Assembly (NCBI GenBank): GCA_039809465.1
Contig: JBDHVB010000002.1
Span: forward strand, 1 to 63,829
DNA from: Myxococcota bacterium
GTDB lineage: Bacteria > Myxococcota > XYA12-FULL-58-9 > JALHOP01
Direction of reading: 5' to 3'
Length of the DNA stretch: 63,829 nt
The translations under genes and the position numbers were made by a program. The notes under the pieces were generated by a model that saw only the letters and a program-made list of their open reading frames with translations, ran no database searches and was not told where the DNA came from. Below are positions 46,880 to 53,742 of this stretch, in pieces. The stretch's first letter is position 1. Each line of letters begins with the position of its first letter.

Positions 46880-46948
46880 AGAAGGGTTCCACACGCTGCG
46901 CGAGCATCGGCAGCAATGATGTCGAACCTGTTTGAAGGAGATTCACAG

Positions 46949-48319
46949 ATGAGAGCACTTGGACTTATCGGACTATGTAGCTTGGCGATGGCCATGACGG
47001 CCTTCGTTCCGAGCCAGGCGGTGGCGGGTGAGTGCGTGTCCGGTAACTGCGGTACCCCCACGCAATCAGGTGGTGGCTGCGGTTGCGGCTGCGGCTGCAG
47101 CATCCTCGTAGCAATGACCGATCGTGGCGTGACCTATCAGTTCGCCGACGATCAGGACGGCGACGGCGTCGAAGACGACTTCGACAACTGCGCTTTCATC
47201 TCGAACTACGACCAGGCCGACGCTGACGGCGACCAGGTCGGTGACGCCTGCGATAACTGCGTGGCCGCGGCCAACCAGCTCCAAGGCGACGTCAACCTCA
47301 ACGGCATCGGTGACGCTTGCGACACCGACGCTGACGGTGACGGCATCCTCAACAGCAACGACAACTGCTGGCTGGTTCCGAACCCGTCGCAGGCCAACAA
47401 CGACGGTGACTCCGAAGGCGACATCTGCGACGCCGACGACGACAACGACGGCATCCTCGACACGCAGGATCCCTGCCGCCTCATCGCCGGCACCGCCACC
47501 AGCGGCGCTTGCGACGACGACCCAGACGGTGACGGCCTCGTGAACGACGCCGACAACTGCCCGGAAGTCGCCGACTCGACCGCGCGCGACATGGACGGCG
47601 ACGGCATTGGCGACGTCTGCGATAACGACGCTGACGGCGACGGCCGTGAGAACTTCCGCGACAACTGCGCCCTGGTTGCGAACCCGGGTCAGGTCGACGC
47701 GGACAACGACGGTCAGGGTGATGCGGGCAACTACAACACCAATGGCCAGTACGAATCGTGCGACAACAAGGAGTGCTACGTCGTCGACCGCATCGCTTAC
47801 GCGGGTATGTCGGACGCCGACAAGTCGGCCTCGTGCTTGGACCCGACGCACGCCTTCGAGACGCGCCTCGCGCTCGCCGGTAACAACAATCTGACCCGCC
47901 TCCAGGTCGGTGACGTCATCGAGGTTCGTTTGTTCTCGAACCGCCTCAATGAGGTTCACCACTGGACCGCGACGTTCAGCCAGCAGCCGGGCGGCTCGAA
48001 CAGCACGCTCGACAACGCCATCGGCTCGTCGGCCACCTACCCGGGCACGTTCCAGGTCGGTACCGACCCGCGCTACAGCACCATCCGCTTCAAGGCGGAC
48101 AAGGCTGGCGCGTACTCCATCAAAGTCACGAGCGAGCTCGTCAACGGTGACCCCCTTGGGCTGCCGCTGAGCTCGTCCACTCAAGAGATCAAGGCTGAGG
48201 TTGGTGAGGGTAGCGGGGATTCGTCGGGCGGTTGCTCGTCGACTCAGGCGGAAGGAAGCCTTGCGGCGCTCGCAATCGGGCTGTCGGTTGCCGCCGTGTT
48301 GCGCCGTCGCCGTGCCTAG
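46949..48319 (+). CDS. Secreted thrombospondin type-3 (Ca-binding DxDxDGxxDxxD) repeat protein with MYXO-CTERM-type sorting tail
   Basis: Residues 12-467 of track ORF 46916..48319. Signal peptide MRALGLIGLCSLAMAMTAFVPSQAVA. Then SGGGCGCGCGCS. About 8 TSP3-like units follow (DQDGDGVEDDFDNC, DADGDQVGDACDNC, DADGDGILNSNDNC, DDDNDGILDTQDPC, DPDGDGLVNDADNC, DMDGDGIGDVCDND, DADGDGRENFRDNC, DADNDGQGD), then a roughly 130-aa beta-rich domain. The tail is GGCSSTQAEGSLAALAIGLSVAAVLRRRRA (Gly-Cys, hydrophobic helix, Arg cluster). Confidence 0.9.
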   Translation: MRALGLIGLCSLAMAMTAFVPSQAVAGECVSGNCGTPTQSGGGCGCGCGCSILVAMTDRGVTYQFADDQDGDGVEDDFDNCAFISNYDQADADGDQVGDACDNCVAAANQLQGDVNLNGIGDACDTDADGDGILNSNDNCWLVPNPSQANNDGDSEGDICDADDDNDGILDTQDPCRLIAGTATSGACDDDPDGDGLVNDADNCPEVADSTARDMDGDGIGDVCDNDADGDGRENFRDNCALVANPGQVDADNDGQGDAGNYNTNGQYESCDNKECYVVDRIAYAGMSDADKSASCLDPTHAFETRLALAGNNNLTRLQVGDVIEVRLFSNRLNEVHHWTATFSQQPGGSNSTLDNAIGSSATYPGTFQVGTDPRYSTIRFKADKAGAYSIKVTSELVNGDPLGLPLSSSTQEIKAEVGEGSGDSSGGCSSTQAEGSLAALAIGLSVAAVLRRRRA

Positions 48320-48369
48320 TAGCTTCAAAGCGTAGGAGCTTTACTAGGTACTGTGTTCAGGTGAGACAT

Positions 48370-48418
48370 CTCGAGGCCCCTCCTGCTCCGTGAAAATCGG
48401 AGAGGAGGGGCCTTCGAG
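48370..48418 (+). terminator. Strong GC-rich intercistronic stem-loop between operon genes 1 and 2 (attenuator or partial terminator, or mRNA-stabilising hairpin)
   Basis: CTCGAGGCCCCTCCTGCTCC-gtgaaaatc-GGAGAGGAGGGGCCTTCGAG. About 19 bp pair, with two single-nt bulges. There is no downstream U tract. Confidence 0.45.
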
Positions 48419-48451
48419 TCTCTGGTAAAACTTCCCCATACGGAGGAATTC

Positions 48452-50608
48452 GTGATGCCCCCCCTATGGCGCTGCCGTCCCGCGCTTCTAGCTGCTGCTC
48501 TGCTATCGCAGACGACGTGCTCCAAGGTTCGCCTCGAGTTCCCCGAGCGTGAGCAAGAGCTCGTCGGCGTCGATGACAAGCTCCGCCTCCAAGGCGAGTT
48601 CTGCACCTCCCCTGCCGCGAACGTCGTCTACCCCGTCAAGATCATGTTCATCGTCGACGGTTCCGGCTCGCAGCAGTTCTCGGATCAAAACCGCCAGCGC
48701 GTCGTCGCGGTGACCGAGACCATCCAAGCGCTCATCGGCAGCGGCGCGACCTTCTTCAAGATCATCGTCTTCAACGCCTCGGTCACGCCGACGCCGCCCA
48801 TCGCCGACGACGAGCCGGTCTACACCAACGACCTCGCGCGCATCGCGCCGGGCCTCGATAACGTCGCTCAAGCGGACACCGTCACCGACTATCAGGGCGC
48901 GCTCTCGGTCGCCTACAGCGAGATGGTCCGCGACATGGAGAGCGTCCGTAACGATCCTCTTCGCGGGTTCGCCGAGCTCGGCCGCACCAAGTACGTCACC
49001 GTCTTCATGTCCGACGGCTTCCCCGACCCGCAGTGCAAGGTCGGCCTCGGCAACGACTTCGATCCGAACTTCCCGCCGGACAACATCAACCTGCTCTGCG
49101 AAGACGCCGACTACATCGCCTGCATCATGCAAGCGGGTAACTGCACCGACGGTACGCTATGCCGGTCGGACGCCGACTGCGTGAGCGGCGGCGGCTGCTC
49201 GGGTCAGCCCACTTGCGCCAACGATCCAGGGAACGGCGGCGCGTACGTGTGCACCTCGGAGGACGGTGAGACCTCGTGCTTCGCTCCCGAAGACTCGAGC
49301 AGTCTCTTCGGCGGCTTGGGCAACATCACGCTCCTCGCCGGCAACGACTACAATCAGCCCTACCAGATCTTGAAGCTCGTCCAAGACATCATGGATCTCG
49401 AGGACCGCTACCAAGTCGGCGAGATGCGCTTCAACAGCGCCCTCGTGCTCGACCCGCTCGCGGACCCCGCCATCGTCGCCATCTTCGGCGACACCACCCA
49501 GGCGATCCCGCTCATGCAGCAGATGGCCGCGGTCGGTGATGGCGACTACCTCGAGTTCTACGGCGGCGACAGCATCGACTTCGGCTCGCTCAACTTCGAT
49601 TCGCTAAAGCAGACACGCGTGATCCGTGGCTTCTTCGTGCAAGCGGTCTCGAACCGCCTCACCGAGGGTGGCAACCTCGCCGACACCGACTTCGACGGCA
49701 TGGTCGACGAAGACGAGTACGACGCCGGCACCAACCCGCTGCGCGCCGACACCGACGGCGACGGCTACGGCGACTACATCGAGCACACCAAGCGCGGCTT
49801 TGGCTTCGATCCGAACGATCCGTGCTTGCCCGCTATCGTGGACATGTCCCGCGGCGGCGACGCGACGCTCTGCACCAGGGCCGATCCCCGCACCTGGGTG
49901 AACTGCGATCACGACGGCTTCGGCGCCGGCGCCACTTACTTCGATGACGACTTCGACGGCCTCACGAACTGCGAGGAGCGCGCGGTCGGCACCGATCCGC
50001 GCATCCCCGACACCGACGCCGACGGCCTCATCGATCAGGTCGACGTCTACGCCGGCCTCTCCCCCACCGTCTGGGACTACGATCGCGATCTCGATCAGGA
50101 CGGCATCCCGAACGGCCGCGAGATCGAGTGGCACTTGAACCCGCTGGTCTTCCAGAGCGATGTCGAGAGCCGCGAGCACTACCGCTACGTGCGCAACGAG
50201 ATCGGCAAGACCATCGACGGCCGCACCTGCTATTCGTTCGACGTGCGCCACGTGCACCTCGCGGCGACCGGCATCTCCGAGGACATCACGCCGCCAACCA
50301 CGGGCATCAACGAGATCCGCCTCTACATTCTCGAGAACATGTCGGACAACTTGTCGGGCGTGCCGCTCGTGCGTGTCGCCTGCTTGCGCCCACGTTACGT
50401 GCCTCCGACCTTGAAGGTGCCGGCCACGGGTGACGTCAACGACTTGAACGGCGATCTCGTCGATCGTGACGGAAATTCCACGGACGCCTTGACCCGGCAG
50501 CGAGAGCAACGTTTCTTCCGCTACCTGGCTACTCAAGACCCCATCGCCAACACGTTGCAGGACGTCGACTACTTCAACTCTGAAGTCGATTGTCAGGTGC
50601 TTCAGTGA
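48452..50608 (+). CDS. Secreted or lipoprotein VWA-domain protein with TSP3-like acidic Ca-binding repeats (paralog A)
   Basis: 718 aa; GGAGGA upstream, start GTG 48452 or ATG 48455. Signal peptide ending ...LLSQTTC. VWA MIDAS motif MFIVDGSGSQ with FMSDGFPDP. TSP3-like ADTDFDGMVDEDEYDAGTNPLRADTDGDGYGDYIE, DDDFDGLTNCEERAVGTDPRIPDTDADGLIDQVD, DRDLDQDGIPNGRE. Confidence 0.88.
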   Translation: MMPPLWRCRPALLAAALLSQTTCSKVRLEFPEREQELVGVDDKLRLQGEFCTSPAANVVYPVKIMFIVDGSGSQQFSDQNRQRVVAVTETIQALIGSGATFFKIIVFNASVTPTPPIADDEPVYTNDLARIAPGLDNVAQADTVTDYQGALSVAYSEMVRDMESVRNDPLRGFAELGRTKYVTVFMSDGFPDPQCKVGLGNDFDPNFPPDNINLLCEDADYIACIMQAGNCTDGTLCRSDADCVSGGGCSGQPTCANDPGNGGAYVCTSEDGETSCFAPEDSSSLFGGLGNITLLAGNDYNQPYQILKLVQDIMDLEDRYQVGEMRFNSALVLDPLADPAIVAIFGDTTQAIPLMQQMAAVGDGDYLEFYGGDSIDFGSLNFDSLKQTRVIRGFFVQAVSNRLTEGGNLADTDFDGMVDEDEYDAGTNPLRADTDGDGYGDYIEHTKRGFGFDPNDPCLPAIVDMSRGGDATLCTRADPRTWVNCDHDGFGAGATYFDDDFDGLTNCEERAVGTDPRIPDTDADGLIDQVDVYAGLSPTVWDYDRDLDQDGIPNGREIEWHLNPLVFQSDVESREHYRYVRNEIGKTIDGRTCYSFDVRHVHLAATGISEDITPPTTGINEIRLYILENMSDNLSGVPLVRVACLRPRYVPPTLKVPATGDVNDLNGDLVDRDGNSTDALTRQREQRFFRYLATQDPIANTLQDVDYFNSEVDCQVLQ

Positions 50609-53600
50609 CAATCCGCAATCGCGGCCTCATTACACTTGCGTTCTTGGCTTCCGTCGCGTGCACCAAGGACGAGCTCTTCGTTCCCCCGGCGAGCACCGAC
50701 ATCGTGCTCGACAACCGTGTCGAGCTGATGGGCAGCTTCTGCGCGGAGAACGCGGACGATCTGCGCTCGTTTTTGAAGATCGTCATCGTCATGGACCGCT
50801 CGAACTCGATGACGGTCACCGACACGAACAACCGCCGCATCGCCGCGGCCACGGAGCTCGTGCGCAACTATCTCGCGAACGAGAGCACCCAAGAGCTGCG
50901 CGCTGGCGTCGAGTTCGCCATCGTCAGCTTCTACGGCGACGTCGACGTGCACACCCGCGACGAGCGCGGCTTGCCGGGCTTCACCAGCGACGGCCGCCAG
51001 GCGATCTTCGCCCTCCCCCAGCTGGCGCGCGTCGGCTCGAACACCAACTTCCAGGGCGCGCTGAGCCGCGTCTTCACCTTGCTCGACCGCGACATGGCGC
51101 AGCTCGACGAGGTCGCGCGCGAGCGCACCCGCTACGAGATCATCTTCCTCTCCGACGGCCAGCCGTTCCCCAACAACTGCCGCGGTGAGCCCAACTCGGC
51201 CACCAACGCCGTCCGCGCCGTCCGCCGCGTCGTCTCGCTCGGCAGCCTCTACGGCATCGACGTCCACCTCTCGACGGTGTTCGCCGCCAAAGCGGACATG
51301 TTCAACCCGGGCGCCATCAACATCGACGGCTGCACCGAGCACGATCCCTACGTCGCCAACTACGCGACCATCGGCGAGACCACCCGCGCCATCATGCAAG
51401 ACATGGCGGCCCAGGGCGGCGGCACCTTCCGCCAGTTCTTGAACGGTGACGCCATCACCTTCGCCGGCTTCGAGTTCGCCGAGTCACGCCGCATCTACGC
51501 GCTGTCGAACTTCATGACCTCGAACTTGTCGGCACGCCCCGTGGGCGACACCTTGATGGCGGACAGCGACCGCGACGGTCTCACCGATCTCGAGGAGTAC
51601 AACATCGGCTCGTCGCAAGTGCGGGCCGACAGCGACGGCGACGGCTTCAACGACATGGTCGAGTGGCGTTTCCGCTTGAGCGGATTCGACCCGATGGACC
51701 CCACGGACGCCGCCTGCACGCCGCTCACACGTGTCGACAGCGACGTCGACGGCCTGCTCGACTGCGAGGAGATCTTCCTCGGCACCCAGCGCCGCAGCTT
51801 CGACTCCGACAACGACTCGAGCCCGGACTTCATCGAGGTCACCTTCCAGGGGAACCCACGCTCCGCGAACAGCACGCAGGACCGCTACGCCGACGACGAC
51901 GCGGACGGTGGCGGCAACGCCGACGAGCTGCGCTGGCACACCGACCCCAAGGTCAACGACGTCGCCTACCGCGCGAAGTTCGCCTACCAGTACGATCAGC
52001 GTCAGCTGCCGCTCACCGCCGGCTCGGCTTGCTACGAGTTCGACGTGAAGAACGTGCGCATGGCTTCGACACAGCCTCTGCCGCTAGGTGGCGCGAGCAC
52101 CCGCCAGGAGCCCGCGGGCGTGAACCGCATCATGCTCTATTTCGCGCAGACGCCGTACGACGAGCCAGAGGGCGACCCCGTCTACCGTCTCGCCTGTGTC
52201 GAAGGCCGCTACGTGCAAGAGCGCGACTTGAAGATGCCGGCGAGCGGCCGCTTCCGTTTGCCCGAGCGCCGTCCGTCGGACACCTATGAAGCCTCGGGCG
52301 TGCTGCGTCCGAACAACGACATCTGCCAGGCCTCGGTGAACCAAGACTGCGGCCTCGGCACGTTGTGGTGCCGCTTCGAGATCACCGGCGCCTGCACCTG
52401 CTGCAAGGCGCGTGAAGCGGGCACCGATCCGAACGACGGCACCGACTGTCAGGCCTGCCCCGCGTGCTCGGACGGCCAAGACAACGACGGCGACGGCCTC
52501 ACCGACTTCCCCTATGACCCTGATTGCTTCGACTCGGTCGACACCGACGAAGGCAATAGCGTTGCCTGCAGCGACGGCATCGACAACGACGGCGACGGCT
52601 ACATCGACTTCCCGAACGAGCCGGGCTGCGAGTCGGGTTACGACACCGACGAGACCGACGGCCCGGTGCCGCGCGCTTGCTCGAACTTCGGCATCATCAA
52701 CGGCCAGACGCGTCCCATCGACGACGACGGCGACGGCGCCGCGAACTATCCCGCCGATCCCGACTGCGACTCGGCCTACGACGACGACGAAGGCAACCCC
52801 GACGGATCGCTCGGTCCGCCAGCCTGCGATGACGGACAGGACAACGACGGCGACGGCCTCACCGACTACCCGCTCGATCCCGGATGCGGCAGCCGCGACG
52901 ACCCCGACGAGGCCGGCCCGCAGACCTGCTTCTTCTGCGAGCGCTTCACCGACGCGTTGCCCGGCCAGTGCGACATCGCCGCTGGCTTCTGCAAGCCACG
53001 CTCTGGCCAGGTGCCCGAGCCGCGCTCCTGCACGAGCAACACCGATTGCGGGACCGCCGCCATTGGCTACGCGCCCTGCGTGGGCGGTCAGTGCGTTCCC
53101 ACCGCGGTCAACGGCGTTGGCCCCGAGACCAACTGCACCTCGCGCGCTGACTGCCGCGGCGCGCCGTGTGTCGCCGCGAATGGCTCGCAGTGCTTGGGCA
53201 CCGGTCCCTGCGTCGGCGGCTTGTGCTCGCCCTGCTTGCAGAACGCCGATTGCGACACCGCGCCTGGGGCGGCGGACGGTCTTTGCGATCCGTCGATCGG
53301 TTGGTGCTTGCAAGACGGCTTCACGCCCACCGAGTGCGTGGGTGACGGCGATTGCGCCACGGGCGTCTGCGAGACCGACATCGGCGTGTGCTCGGTCGAC
53401 CCGTACTATGCGTGCGACAACGACAAGGACTGCCGTGAGGACGAGATCTGCGCGCTCGAGCGTGGCTTCTGCTTGCGGCGCTCGTTCATCACCGAACAGT
53501 GCGACACCACGACAGCGTGTACGCAGGACATCGACGGCGACGGCCAGCCGGACGGCAGCTGTAACGCCGACATCGGTTGGTGTTTGCCTTCACAAGAGAG

Positions 53601-53742
53601 ATTCCAATGCAGGCAGGACGACGAATGCCCCTTCGGCAATTGTGTGAAAGACAGCGGCGCGGTGTTCGGGTACTGCGATCAGCAAACGTTCGTGTTCCCG
53701 CGCGACTTCAAGCCCGAGGTGGACTGCATTCGTGGGCGGTAG
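50605..53742 (+). CDS. Lipoprotein VWA-domain protein with TSP3-like repeats, four DNDGDG Cys-bounded modules and a long Cys-rich C-terminal region (paralog B)
   Basis: Track ORF 50590..53742. The GTG at 50605 overlaps the upstream stop (GTGA) and gives VTIRNRGLITLAFLASVAC. VWA motif VIVMDRSNSM with FLSDGQPFP. ADSDRDGLTDLEEYNIGSSQVRADSDGDGFNDMVE. Modules such as CSDGQDNDGDGLTDFPYDPDCFDSVDTDE. About 7 further C..D.DC...C motifs. Confidence 0.88.
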   Translation: MTIRNRGLITLAFLASVACTKDELFVPPASTDIVLDNRVELMGSFCAENADDLRSFLKIVIVMDRSNSMTVTDTNNRRIAAATELVRNYLANESTQELRAGVEFAIVSFYGDVDVHTRDERGLPGFTSDGRQAIFALPQLARVGSNTNFQGALSRVFTLLDRDMAQLDEVARERTRYEIIFLSDGQPFPNNCRGEPNSATNAVRAVRRVVSLGSLYGIDVHLSTVFAAKADMFNPGAINIDGCTEHDPYVANYATIGETTRAIMQDMAAQGGGTFRQFLNGDAITFAGFEFAESRRIYALSNFMTSNLSARPVGDTLMADSDRDGLTDLEEYNIGSSQVRADSDGDGFNDMVEWRFRLSGFDPMDPTDAACTPLTRVDSDVDGLLDCEEIFLGTQRRSFDSDNDSSPDFIEVTFQGNPRSANSTQDRYADDDADGGGNADELRWHTDPKVNDVAYRAKFAYQYDQRQLPLTAGSACYEFDVKNVRMASTQPLPLGGASTRQEPAGVNRIMLYFAQTPYDEPEGDPVYRLACVEGRYVQERDLKMPASGRFRLPERRPSDTYEASGVLRPNNDICQASVNQDCGLGTLWCRFEITGACTCCKAREAGTDPNDGTDCQACPACSDGQDNDGDGLTDFPYDPDCFDSVDTDEGNSVACSDGIDNDGDGYIDFPNEPGCESGYDTDETDGPVPRACSNFGIINGQTRPIDDDGDGAANYPADPDCDSAYDDDEGNPDGSLGPPACDDGQDNDGDGLTDYPLDPGCGSRDDPDEAGPQTCFFCERFTDALPGQCDIAAGFCKPRSGQVPEPRSCTSNTDCGTAAIGYAPCVGGQCVPTAVNGVGPETNCTSRADCRGAPCVAANGSQCLGTGPCVGGLCSPCLQNADCDTAPGAADGLCDPSIGWCLQDGFTPTECVGDGDCATGVCETDIGVCSVDPYYACDNDKDCREDEICALERGFCLRRSFITEQCDTTTACTQDIDGDGQPDGSCNADIGWCLPSQERFQCRQDDECPFGNCVKDSGAVFGYCDQQTFVFPRDFKPEVDCIRGR

